Shown: in pieces, positions 37,455 through 46,610 of the stretch
How the letters are laid out: the number at the start of each line of letters is the position of its first letter
Position numbering within the stretch: position 1 is the first letter of the stretch
Assembly (NCBI GenBank): GCA_002746885.1
Contig: PDRS01000008.1
Location: 3,376 to 67,375 of the forward strand
Source of the DNA: Candidatus Saccharimonadota bacterium
GTDB lineage: Bacteria > Patescibacteriota > Saccharimonadia > Saccharimonadales > UBA4665
Length of the DNA stretch: 64,000 nucleotides
Reading direction: 5' to 3'
Notes under the pieces: model-generated
What the model saw: the letters and a program-made list of their open reading frames with translations, nothing else
Database searches by the model: none
Told to the model about the DNA's origin: nothing
Program-made: the position numbers and the translations under genes

Positions 37455-38981
37455 ATGGATCCACAAAAAACATCAAACGGCACACCGGCAAGCCCAGAGC
37501 CGACAGCAAGCCCTGAGCCAAGCACCCAGCCAACGGGACAGACAAGCGATAGCTCCAGCCAGACGGTATTTCCTCCGACCCCCTCGACAAACACAGCCGC
37601 GGCGAGCAATATACAGCAGCCAGGAGTCGCAGCTCAAGCAAATGTCACAACCCCTCCCGTTGCCTCTAGCCCTAAACCAGGCAAAAGTAAGCTCATCTTA
37701 CTAGCAGCAGGCTTGGCGGCGCTCTTAATAGGCGGTAGCGCTGCAGCCTATTTTGGCTATTTCGTACCCAATAAGCCAGAAAATATCTGGGCGAGCGCTA
37801 TGGACCGTACTGGCAAAAGCATAGAATCAGTCATAGCCGATGCCAAAAAAGGTTCGGGCAAGGGATCGGAAGTTTCGGGTAAATTTCAGTTTGGCGGCGG
37901 GGGTATAAAAACCGACGGCAAATTCACTGTGCGTTCGGATAATAAAAACTCTGTCATGAAGGCTGATTTTGCGGCGCTTACGTCACGGGTAGATATTGAG
38001 GTACGCTCCATCGATTCTTCATCATCTGACTATCCTGATGTCTATATCAAGGCTAAAGGCATCAAGGGTGTAGCGCCACTTTTGACTCAGTCACCAACAG
38101 GCCAACGTACGATAACAGATCTCGACGATCAGTGGATAGAAATTGACCATACATTCATCAGCAAAGTAATGGAGGGATCTAGCGACACCACTGGTTCAGG
38201 AATATCGCTCAGCTCCGAGAAACTGCTCAAGACCTTTGAAGCCCTGAATAAGGTCAATCGCGAATACCTCTTTACTAATGACTCTGGCAAGGCCGTTTTC
38301 AAGGTCGTGAAAAATGTTGGTCGCGAAACGCGCGACGACCGTTCGGTATACCACTACAAAGTAGCCCTCGACAAGCAGCATACGAAAAAATATCTGAAAG
38401 CCCTAAACCGTGAGATAGAAAAGTCACCAGCAAAAGATTCGCTGGGCGACGCTTTCAGTGAAGCTTTCATCAAGCCAATCACGGAGCTTGCAGAAGAACT
38501 TGATCGCTATGACGAGTCGGCCGATCTGATGGATGTCTATGTAGACACATCGACCAAAATGCTTCATGCCATACGTATTACCGACAAGGATAATGACAAA
38601 TCATACATAGAGCTAGGTGTGCAAAAAACAAAAGATAAACAAATGCCGTTCGTAATGAAGGGCGTCAATAATACCGATAACGGTTCGAACAAATTCGACG
38701 TATCGCTCAGTTATGACAGCAAGAAACGAACTTGGAGTGGCGAGGTAAAAGCCGAGACTATCGCTGATGAAGACAAGTCTTCACTAGAATTAAATGTAGA
38801 TGTCAAACGACTTGACGATGACCTTAAGGTCGAGAAGCCAGATGAGTCCATGCCTATCGAGCAGATCATCCAGCAGCTGTATGGCTTGGGCGACAGTGGC
38901 TCCAATAGTCCATATAGCAGCCCAGGCAGTAGTTCTGGTGGCGGTAGTCGCTACCTGAACGGCGGTCTTCTCGGCATATAA
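37455..38981 (+). CDS. hypothetical membrane-anchored extracytoplasmic protein
   Basis: GGAAGGAGGGGAG SD upstream. It has a Pro/Ser/Thr-rich N-terminus, a single TM segment (LILLAAGLAALLIGGSAAAYFGYF), a ~390-aa Lys/Asp-rich domain and a Gly/Ser tail. Confidence 0.6.
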   Translation: MDPQKTSNGTPASPEPTASPEPSTQPTGQTSDSSSQTVFPPTPSTNTAAASNIQQPGVAAQANVTTPPVASSPKPGKSKLILLAAGLAALLIGGSAAAYFGYFVPNKPENIWASAMDRTGKSIESVIADAKKGSGKGSEVSGKFQFGGGGIKTDGKFTVRSDNKNSVMKADFAALTSRVDIEVRSIDSSSSDYPDVYIKAKGIKGVAPLLTQSPTGQRTITDLDDQWIEIDHTFISKVMEGSSDTTGSGISLSSEKLLKTFEALNKVNREYLFTNDSGKAVFKVVKNVGRETRDDRSVYHYKVALDKQHTKKYLKALNREIEKSPAKDSLGDAFSEAFIKPITELAEELDRYDESADLMDVYVDTSTKMLHAIRITDKDNDKSYIELGVQKTKDKQMPFVMKGVNNTDNGSNKFDVSLSYDSKKRTWSGEVKAETIADEDKSSLELNVDVKRLDDDLKVEKPDESMPIEQIIQQLYGLGDSGSNSPYSSPGSSSGGGSRYLNGGLLGI

Positions 38982-39208
38982 TAGAGTGGGCTGCTGCTGC
39001 GCAACATGCGTGTAGCAGTCTACACATTTGCTAGTTGCTAGCCAATTGCCCCTCACGTCATGCGACGCGTACTTAGATACGAAAACGACTAAGCAATACA
39101 TGCGGGTGTTTACGCGTCGCAAAAGTATTCGCGAGCAGCCCACAACAAGCTAGGTACTTTTGATACTTTCGAATCAACGAGCCGCCGAGATCGTGAAGTG
39201 TCTTCAGC

Positions 39209-39241
39209 AAGCTTGCTCACACAATAATTGTGAGCAAGCTT
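39209..39241. other. perfect 13-bp-arm hairpin
   Basis: AAGCTTGCTCACA-CAATAAT-TGTGAGCAAGCTT lies just 3' of the minus-strand ORF ending at 39263. It may be a terminator, although the U-tract is weak. Confidence 0.4.
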
Positions 39242-39262
39242 TTCAGCGGCAAGACGCCCTCC

Positions 39263-39448
39263 TTACGACTTTGCTGGAGTCGTACTTGAGACAGCGTCTT
39301 TGTGCTTGGTGCTTTCAAAACCGTGGAAGCGCTCGAAGTGGACGTGGTTTACAACATTTGCCATTTTGCGGCCATCATACTTATGTAGTAGACTGCGAGC
39401 GCGGCTCATTCCTTTACGTTGGTGTCGTGACCTTTCTCGTAGCGACAT
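39263..39448 (-). CDS. hypothetical small basic protein (61 aa)
   Basis: AAAGGAGAA SD lies 5 nt upstream of the ATG at 39448. Sequence is MSLRERSRHQRKGMSRARSLLHKYDGRKMANVVNHVHFERFHGFESTKHKD... Confidence 0.35.
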   Translation of the reverse strand: MSLRERSRHQRKGMSRARSLLHKYDGRKMANVVNHVHFERFHGFESTKHKDAVSSTTPAKS

Positions 39449-39499
39449 GGTTATTCTCCTTTCTGTCCTACTTGATTGCACTGTTCGCATACTGGCGCA

Positions 39500-39889
39500 T
39501 CAGGCCGCCATACGCAGCTTTCTGCCCGAAAGCACATCCAACACCCTGCGCGGTAACTCAGCAACAATGTCTTCCATAGCTTCGCGATCAAAAAACTCGC
39601 TCAACACTTGCCAGGCCGCTTTAATGTAGTGGTGCGCTTGCTGTTCGTTCACGTTATCTATATCCATAAACCGATCTATAATATCGTCATCCATAGAATC
39701 AGCCGTAGGCACCATGAGGGCGGCAACACGAAGTTCGCGCGGTAGCACAGCAGCAAAACCGCGTCGCGTATAGTCAGTGAGGTGAATGGCAATATTTTCT
39801 ACTACGAGCTCAAGTGCATCTTGCGACTCGTCAGCGGGAGCGTGAGAACGCTGTTTAATTTTCTGTATGAGTGAATGATATTTTTTCAT
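39500..39889 (-). CDS. hypothetical protein (possibly DUF2267-like)
   Basis: GAAGGAG SD upstream. 129-aa helical protein. The family assignment comes from overall pattern only. Confidence 0.45.
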   Translation of the reverse strand: MKKYHSLIQKIKQRSHAPADESQDALELVVENIAIHLTDYTRRGFAAVLPRELRVAALMVPTADSMDDDIIDRFMDIDNVNEQQAHHYIKAAWQVLSEFFDREAMEDIVAELPRRVLDVLSGRKLRMAA

Positions 39890-40091
39890 ACGGACATCTC
39901 CTTCCCGCCCACTACTATGCGCGCTTATGCTAAGAAAAAATATGAATTTTGTCACATCTTTTTCGTGAACTATCAGCAATAGCTTTACTCCTTTGCTGTT
40001 TTGCAGCGAAAGCACGTTGCGTAGTTCGTATGACGCGCGCCCAATACCCCCTGCAAGAACAAAACCCCAGCATGTGCTGAGGTTTTCTTCT

Positions 40092-40437
40092 TGGTGGAGC
40101 TGGCGGGTACCGCCCCCGCGTCCGCCGGACTTACCGGTGCGACTCTACAGGCTTAGTCTGTTTTGCTTGCTTAACGCTCGTATGAAACGTCCGCTAACTC
40201 TTCTGGCGTCGTTAGGGACATTTTGCAGCTTACTTAAGCTGCAAGAGCGTACGCGCTCTGGAGGCGGGGTGCAAATACAGCAGCCACGCCTTTACCAAAA
40301 GCTACGACGCTTTCTTTGATAGATTTTGCATCTATTCAGTGTTGCCTATAAGAAGTCCGCCTAATGGAGACTTCACGCTGACAAGCGACCTGCAATCATC
40401 ACCGAAATGTACCAACGTCGAGCTTAGATTCAGCCCC
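40092..40437 (-). ncRNA. ssrA: tmRNA (transfer-messenger RNA)
   Basis: The minus-strand 5' end is GGGGCTGAATCTAAGCTCGACG. The 3' end is GGACGCGGGGGCGGTACCCGCCAGCTCCACCA, with a G3:U pair in the acceptor stem. The internal tag frame ends ...QSAYALAA-TAA (40329-40234). A terminator hairpin follows at ~40050-40085. Confidence 0.9.
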
Positions 40438-40445
40438 ATGTGTTG

Positions 40446-41264
40446 TTATTTTAGCATAAATGTAAGCACTTTGTAAAGTGCGTGCCATTGCTCGAGCGAG
40501 AGCGACTGAGCGCGAGTGTTTACGGGTATATTGGCTTCGCCGAGCAGTTTACCAACGTGCTGCTTCGACACATGCAGTCCGGCGCTCAAGCTATTGAGTA
40601 GTGTCTTGCGCTTCTGACTAAAACCGGCGCGAACAATGCGAAAAAAGAGTTTCGTATCAACGTTCGGAAACAACGGCTGCTCGCGGCGGCGCAGCACAAG
40701 CACCTGGCTATCAACTTTGGGCGGCGGCGAAAAAAGATCCTTCGAAACAAATGCGCCAAGCGATGCTTCGCAATAAAACTGCGTACTAACACTCAGGAGC
40801 GACATGCTGCCCTGCCCTGCGCAAACTCGCTCGGCGACTTCCTTTTGCACGAGCAACGCAGCCTGGCTGAAAGGCTGGGTGCTTTCGCACAACACGCGTA
40901 TAAGATTGCTCGTGAGGTAGTACGGAATGTTCGCCACCACTTTATACCTCTCTGGAAGTTGTTGTAAGTTAAACCGTAAAATATCTCCTTCCACCACTGT
41001 TAAATTTTCCAAAATACCCATTTTGGGAGGACTGTCCTCCTGGCAGTGGTTTGGGAGGGCTTGGGCGAGAGCCGGATCATATTCTACCGCCGTTACATGT
41101 GCGCCGCGGGCAAGGAGGACGCGTGTAAGTGTTCCGAGACCAGGGCCGACTTCTAGTACTGCGTCGCCAGCGCGTACATCGGCTGCATTACATATAGCTT
41201 CGAGCGCCTGACGGTCGTACAACCAGTGTTGACCAAGTGATTTTTTTGGTTTCGTTTCTGCCAC
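40446..41264 (-). CDS. rsmA: 16S rRNA (adenine1518/1519-N6)-dimethyltransferase
   Basis: KKSLGQHWL, VLEVGPGLGTLT and NIPYYLTS are present. GTG start. Confidence 0.9.
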   Translation of the reverse strand: MAETKPKKSLGQHWLYDRQALEAICNAADVRAGDAVLEVGPGLGTLTRVLLARGAHVTAVEYDPALAQALPNHCQEDSPPKMGILENLTVVEGDILRFNLQQLPERYKVVANIPYYLTSNLIRVLCESTQPFSQAALLVQKEVAERVCAGQGSMSLLSVSTQFYCEASLGAFVSKDLFSPPPKVDSQVLVLRRREQPLFPNVDTKLFFRIVRAGFSQKRKTLLNSLSAGLHVSKQHVGKLLGEANIPVNTRAQSLSLEQWHALYKVLTFMLK

Positions 41265-41317
41265 TTCACCATTGTATCAGCTAAAGCTGGCATCGAGGTG
41301 TATACCGCACCTTTTTC

Positions 41318-42532
41318 TTACCACCAGCGATGATTTAACCAAAAGTTATACGCCCCCTGCCAGCTACCATATCTTCCCGTGGCATACCCCGCAAATAATT
41401 TAGTCTGACACACTGCGTCCGTCTGCCAGTTCGGACACGCCGAGCTTAGTCTCGCAAGATTTGTTTGACCAAGTCCGTAGTAACCATTGGCGCTCGCGGC
41501 TGCCGTGTTCCAGCGTGATTCGTGTGAAAATATGTAGTCCACATATGCATAGTCGTTTGGATGGATACCAGCCGCCGCCATAACGGCTTGCTTGTCCGCG
41601 GGGATGTTTACTGTATTGCCTTTTGCGACAATCCGCTCCACTGGCTGTACAGTGACTACCGACTGTAGCAGCCTGCGACTCACCTCTTCGCCCTGCTGCA
41701 CGTTTATCTCGTAGGTTTGGACGCGCTTACCTGGACTGCCCTCTTGTCGCACCGCTTGGCTTCCAAAAGAAAGCGATGGATCGATAATATGTTTCACCGG
41801 CACGGGTATGTCTTCTGTTACCGTTATGACATGGATACCGTTGCGTACTACTGCGACCTGCATATGTTCAGTGAGGGGCGTCGAAATTGCGGGCTTCACT
41901 GTATCGTCAGAACGAACGGTCACATTTTTTTCTTTCAGTAGTTCACCGACTGTTTGCGCCTGCGTTCGTATGTTCAGTAACTGGCCATAGAGCGTGAGTG
42001 CTATGGGTTTTGCGCGGTCGACCGTTACCTGGCGGCCTACATTTTTTTCTAAAACAAAGTTACTAACCGGTCCGACCTGAACGACATCTTCACCGTACAG
42101 CTGCACGCCCGCGCTTTCCGCCATACTTCTCGGCGTCGCGGCGGCAGTTTTGATATGTGTGCGCGTTGCGCCATCGGTAACCGCTACGGGCACTGACCGA
42201 TAAACGTTTACGAGCAAGTTGTCCTGTTTGATTTCTTCAGAGCTTTCTGGTTCTACTCGATCGCCTGGCGCAAGCTTGATGTGCAGTTTTTCCAGCAAAT
42301 CACCGACTGTTTTTGCGGTGGTTGGTATTGTCGCCGTTTTACCATCGTGCGAGATAATGACAATGGTACGACTACGCGCCACGTAGTTCGCCACAGCGCC
42401 GCTGCGATTTGCCAGCCAGTACACCATACCGCTCAGCAACAGCAGTACCGCGAACGTCGCCAATACAAAGCCGAGCGGATGAGCATGGATCCGTTTAGCA
42501 ACTCGAGCTACCGTAAAAAAGTGTCGTTTCAT
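41318..42532 (-). CDS. RpfB-architecture secreted protein (3x DUF348 + G5) with Apf-like C-terminal domain
   Basis: The N-terminal TM anchor is followed by repeated DUF348-like units (TVGDLLEKL..., TVGELLKEK...). The G5 domain is QAVRQEGSPGKRVQTYEI. The C-terminus is NGYYGLGQ...RYGSWQGAYNFWLNHRWW. The start could be 42571. Confidence 0.8.
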   Translation of the reverse strand: MKRHFFTVARVAKRIHAHPLGFVLATFAVLLLLSGMVYWLANRSGAVANYVARSRTIVIISHDGKTATIPTTAKTVGDLLEKLHIKLAPGDRVEPESSEEIKQDNLLVNVYRSVPVAVTDGATRTHIKTAAATPRSMAESAGVQLYGEDVVQVGPVSNFVLEKNVGRQVTVDRAKPIALTLYGQLLNIRTQAQTVGELLKEKNVTVRSDDTVKPAISTPLTEHMQVAVVRNGIHVITVTEDIPVPVKHIIDPSLSFGSQAVRQEGSPGKRVQTYEINVQQGEEVSRRLLQSVVTVQPVERIVAKGNTVNIPADKQAVMAAAGIHPNDYAYVDYIFSHESRWNTAAASANGYYGLGQTNLARLSSACPNWQTDAVCQTKLFAGYATGRYGSWQGAYNFWLNHRWW

Positions 42533-42586
42533 GCGCAAACTGTCTTGCCGATCACTTGCCAGCAAAACCATAGACAGTATATCAAA

Positions 42587-44770
42587 TTAGACTTTGTCGA
42601 GCCGCGCAAACGCGATGTTCAGTCGTTTCAGCCCCTTATTCTTGAAATATACTGCAACCATGTCGCCGCTCAGCTCCACAACCGTTCCCATGCCGAAGAC
42701 ATCATGGCGAACCTGATCGCCTTCGTGTAACTCGGGTACATACTGCGGCTCATCAACCACAAGGTCTTCTGTCTGAGTCATCTGCTGAAGCACCTCCGAA
42801 TCATCAAAAAGCTCGCGATCGGCCCGTCCAAAGCTTGGCATGACACTTGTTGCCTCTACGTAGGCTTCGTCTATTTCACTCAGAAAACGGCTGGGAATGT
42901 TGTGTTGTCGCCCACCATAGAGCGATCGTTCAAGCGCATGTAGCAGATACAACTCTTCGCGCGCCCGGGTCATACCCACATACATAAGCCGGCGCTCTTC
43001 TTCCATTTCACTCTGGTCGTATAGTGCGCGGCTGTGCGGCAAAATTGACTCTTCTAGCCCAACAACAAAAACGATCGGAAATTCCAGTCCTTTAGCACTA
43101 TGCAAGGTCATGAGCGTGACCGCATCGTCGTTTAGGTTGGCCGTATCGAGATCGGATATAAGCGCTACCTCTTCAAGAAAGGCTGCAAGCCCTAGTTCTT
43201 GATAATTTTGCGCCACGCCCGCTAGCTCGCGCACGTTTTCCTGACGACTTTCGCCCTGAGGCGTTTTGTCGTCGAGATAGTCAAGATAGTCAAGTTGCTT
43301 TATGAGTGTTTCGACGACAATATCCGGAGAAAGCTCATCGACCTGCCCGCGCAGATTCGCCAACACATCCGACAGTTCCTGTAGCCCCTGGCGTGCTTTG
43401 GGCGTGAGTGCGCCACACTCAGAAACGTGCTGGAGCGCTTTGCTCAGCGACAACCGCTTTGCTGCCATCCATGCCAGAAAATGCTGCAGGCTTTTGGCAC
43501 CAACACCCCTGCTCGGAACATTGGCAATACGCTCAAAACTAGCGCGGTCGTCAGGCTGATACAGTAAGCGCAGGTACGCGACAAGATCCTTGATTTCCTT
43601 ACGGTCGTAAAATCGTACGCCGCCCACCACGCGGTACGGCACACCGTACCGAATAAACATATCCTCCACGTTCCGGCTCTGGGCGTTCGTACGATAGAGA
43701 ACAGCGAAATCTTTGTACCGCCTTGCAGCATTATCGACGGAGTTTCGGACAATTTTGACAATGGTTTCAGCTTCGCTGCGTTCGGTCATAACCTGCTGAA
43801 CCTGCACTTTGCGACCGTCGCCAGCGCTCGTCCAAAGCTGCTTGTCGCTCCGCTGCGTATTTTTTGTCACCACGCCATGTGCGGCGCGCAAAATGTGCCC
43901 AGTGCTGCGGTAGTTTTGTTCGAGCTTTATAACCGTACAGTGTTTGTAGTCGCTTTCAAAACGCAATATATTTCGAAAGTCCGCCCCTCTCCAGCTGTAC
44001 ACACTTTGCCAGTCATCACCCACGACGGCAATGTTTTGCTCCCTGTTAGTTAGCAGCTTCACCAGTTTATACTGGGCAGCATTTGTGTCCTGGTATTCGT
44101 CTATCATGATGTGTGAAAAACGAGAACACCAGGTTTCGCGCACTTCGGCATGCGCTTCCAGAAGCTGCACAGCGCGCCAAATAAGGTCGTCGAAATCGAG
44201 TGCCTTGGCGTCGTGCAGAGCCGCTTGATACAACGGGTACACTTTAGCAACGACTTCGCTGGCGGGGCTTTTGGCGGTTTCGCGGTACTCATCTGGGTCG
44301 ATCATTTCGTTTTTCGCACTTGAGATGTAAGCGGCGACCGTGCGAGCGGGAAAAGATTTTTCGTCTATCTGCAGTTCTTTGCATATGCGTTTGACGGTTG
44401 CACGGCGATCGTCTTCGTCGAATATGACATAGCTTGACGGCACGCCAATGTATTCGCCGTCCATGCGCAGTATTTTTACGCATATGCTATGAAATGTACC
44501 CATCCACGGCATAAAGCCTCGGTTTTCGGCGTTTTGACCAAGCAGTTCTGCGACGCGGGTACGCATTTCTTTGGCCGCTTTATTCGTGAATGTCACGGCA
44601 AGAATGCTGTATGGCGTCGCCCGATGCGTCGCAATGAGATACGCTACGCGGTGCGTCAATGTTTTGGTTTTGCCCGAACCCGCGCCAGCCTGAATAAGTA
44701 GCGGTCCTTCAGTCGTTTCAACCGCCCGACGCTGCTCCTCATTTAAGCCCTCCAAAAGTGTTTCGTGCAC
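42587..44770 (-). CDS. pcrA: ATP-dependent DNA helicase PcrA/UvrD
   Basis: AGAGSGKTKTLTHR (motif I), IMIDEYQDTN, FTNKAA, YRS, and LMTLHSAKGLEFP with VGMTRAREEL. GTG start. Confidence 0.92.
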   Translation of the reverse strand: MHETLLEGLNEEQRRAVETTEGPLLIQAGAGSGKTKTLTHRVAYLIATHRATPYSILAVTFTNKAAKEMRTRVAELLGQNAENRGFMPWMGTFHSICVKILRMDGEYIGVPSSYVIFDEDDRRATVKRICKELQIDEKSFPARTVAAYISSAKNEMIDPDEYRETAKSPASEVVAKVYPLYQAALHDAKALDFDDLIWRAVQLLEAHAEVRETWCSRFSHIMIDEYQDTNAAQYKLVKLLTNREQNIAVVGDDWQSVYSWRGADFRNILRFESDYKHCTVIKLEQNYRSTGHILRAAHGVVTKNTQRSDKQLWTSAGDGRKVQVQQVMTERSEAETIVKIVRNSVDNAARRYKDFAVLYRTNAQSRNVEDMFIRYGVPYRVVGGVRFYDRKEIKDLVAYLRLLYQPDDRASFERIANVPSRGVGAKSLQHFLAWMAAKRLSLSKALQHVSECGALTPKARQGLQELSDVLANLRGQVDELSPDIVVETLIKQLDYLDYLDDKTPQGESRQENVRELAGVAQNYQELGLAAFLEEVALISDLDTANLNDDAVTLMTLHSAKGLEFPIVFVVGLEESILPHSRALYDQSEMEEERRLMYVGMTRAREELYLLHALERSLYGGRQHNIPSRFLSEIDEAYVEATSVMPSFGRADRELFDDSEVLQQMTQTEDLVVDEPQYVPELHEGDQVRHDVFGMGTVVELSGDMVAVYFKNKGLKRLNIAFARLDKV

Positions 44771-44906
44771 CCACCCATTTTACCAGACATCGCTCGGCTA
44801 CATACTGTCACGTGCCGCGCAAAACAAAACCCACCAAAACAATATCTTCTCTACTGCTTTATGTCCGGACGATTTGCAGCGACAACGTGCAGCTGGTACG
44901 TGTAGC

Positions 44907-45734
44907 TTACTGGAAAAAGTTGGTATGAGGAAGATTGGGTATCGTGAAGACACCCATATCGAGTAGCATGTTTAGCACAATAACGACGGCAAGCACCGCA
45001 ACAATGGCGAGAACGGCGGCAAGTCGACGACGGCGTTTGACCTGACCAATAGGCACAAAGTACGTACCAGCGCTAATGTGCCGCTCAATCATTACATTAT
45101 GCGCCGCTTCAGGGTCTTCCTCTGCGGCTTTTTCCTGCTCGGTGGCGGGCGCCTCATCTTCAGACTCCGCGTCTGCCTGCGCTTCGTTCGCGCCCGACTG
45201 GCCTGTTGATTCGGCGTCTTCGTCGTTTTTCTGGGCAATCGCCTCGTCCTTGTCATGCTTTACTGGGGTAATTTCTATACCGCCCGCTGGCCGCTTCGGT
45301 TCTTTTGCTGGCGTCGCTACAGCAACGGGCTTGAGCGGTTCCGCCTGCTTTGCTGTCTTGGCATTAGGTGTTTTTACCTCTGGTTTTTCTGGTGCCGTTT
45401 CAGGCATCGGTGCAGACGATGTCTTCTTGGCAGCTTTTTTCTCTTTCGGCTGAGGTTCGACACTCGTCGTTCCCGATGCCGCCTCGGCTGGCTCAAGCTG
45501 TTTTGCTTCGCGAGAAAGGCTCGACGTACCGTCAAGCGCTTCGCTTGGTTTTACGGGCGGCGCTCCTGAAGGCCGTTCACTGTCGGCGTTTTTGGCTTCG
45601 TCCGGACCCAGCATGGGGTCGCTGGTCAAGAGAGGTCGATTGGTCACAATAACCGGACGACTGGAAGACGCTGCCGGTGTATCGTCGGGATGCGTGACAT
45701 CCATGTCCTTTACGGGCGATTTACTTGCCGCCAC
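44907..45734 (-). CDS. hypothetical low-complexity protein with C-terminal membrane anchor
   Basis: 275-aa Pro/Ala/Glu/Lys-rich ORF ending in a TM segment (LAAVLAIVAVLAVVIVLNMLL). It overlaps the tpiA stop by 14 nt, so it is co-transcribed. Confidence 0.5.
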   Translation of the reverse strand: MAASKSPVKDMDVTHPDDTPAASSSRPVIVTNRPLLTSDPMLGPDEAKNADSERPSGAPPVKPSEALDGTSSLSREAKQLEPAEAASGTTSVEPQPKEKKAAKKTSSAPMPETAPEKPEVKTPNAKTAKQAEPLKPVAVATPAKEPKRPAGGIEITPVKHDKDEAIAQKNDEDAESTGQSGANEAQADAESEDEAPATEQEKAAEEDPEAAHNVMIERHISAGTYFVPIGQVKRRRRLAAVLAIVAVLAVVIVLNMLLDMGVFTIPNLPHTNFFQ

Positions 45735-46518
45735 GTTCTTTCCTTTCGGTTTGTACTTGATGAGCGTTTTTCACGATTTCAGAGAACTGATGATAGTTGA
45801 GGCTAGCTGCACCTACCAACACACCGTCGCATTCATTTAGCTCCAGGTAACTGCGTACATCGTGCTCGTTCACACTGCCGCCGTAAAGTATCCGCATGGC
45901 CTTGGCGGCTCGGTCGCCATACAGTTCGCTCACTTGGCTACGCATAAAGCCCATCATTTTTTCGGCGTCACTCGGTTTCGCCACTATGCCGTCGGCTGTA
46001 CTGATAGCCCACACTGGTTCATAGGTGAGAACAACGTTTTCTATATCTTTACTCGTCAGGTTCATGAGTGCGGTAGTGAGCTGGTCATGGACAACCTGTT
46101 TCGCTTCGCCAGCATCACGCTCTTGTTTCGTTTCGCCAATACAGATGATAGGGGCGACATCGTTTCGTATAGCCGCCTGTACTTTGTCGCGCACGACATC
46201 GAGCGTGTCGCCCGCGTTCAGTCGGCGCCACGAGTGGCCGATAATGGCATAGTGCGCGAGATCGCCCAACATAGCAAAGCTGACTTCTCCCGTGCACGGC
46301 CCTTCATCTTTGAAGTATGCGTCCTGAGCAGCCAAACGAAAGCGCCGGCGGTCTATTTCGATACTGAGCGGTTGCAATACGAGCGTACTTGGCGCAAGCA
46401 CTACCTCAATATCGCGGTGATGATGAATTCGCGCACTCAAACGGTGCACCAGTAAGCTCGCCTGATGCACACTGAGGTGCATTTTCCAGTTGCCGACGAT
46501 GAGAAGTTTTTTATCCAT
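45721..46518 (-). CDS. tpiA: triosephosphate isomerase
   Basis: LLIVGNWKMH, AIIGHSWRR, YEPVWAI and GGSV are present. Confidence 0.9.
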   Translation of the reverse strand: MDKKLLIVGNWKMHLSVHQASLLVHRLSARIHHHRDIEVVLAPSTLVLQPLSIEIDRRRFRLAAQDAYFKDEGPCTGEVSFAMLGDLAHYAIIGHSWRRLNAGDTLDVVRDKVQAAIRNDVAPIICIGETKQERDAGEAKQVVHDQLTTALMNLTSKDIENVVLTYEPVWAISTADGIVAKPSDAEKMMGFMRSQVSELYGDRAAKAMRILYGGSVNEHDVRSYLELNECDGVLVGAASLNYHQFSEIVKNAHQVQTERKERGGK

Positions 46519-46610
46519 ACGTTATACCACTTATGCTTTTCCTTTAGTGTACGACTTTCTGGTAGGAAAATCCAAATTCCAAATGCCGACAGCCACGCGA
46601 TAGGTGAAGA

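Noticed and set aside
41036-41050. The 15-nt perfect palindrome GGAGGACTGTCCTCC shares the AGGAC-N-GTCCT core with the 23-bp repeats.
   Set aside because: It lies inside the rsmA coding sequence (…QEDSPPKMG…), only the 11-nt core matches, and the flanks differ. It is probably coincidental, but worth including in any genome-wide motif search.
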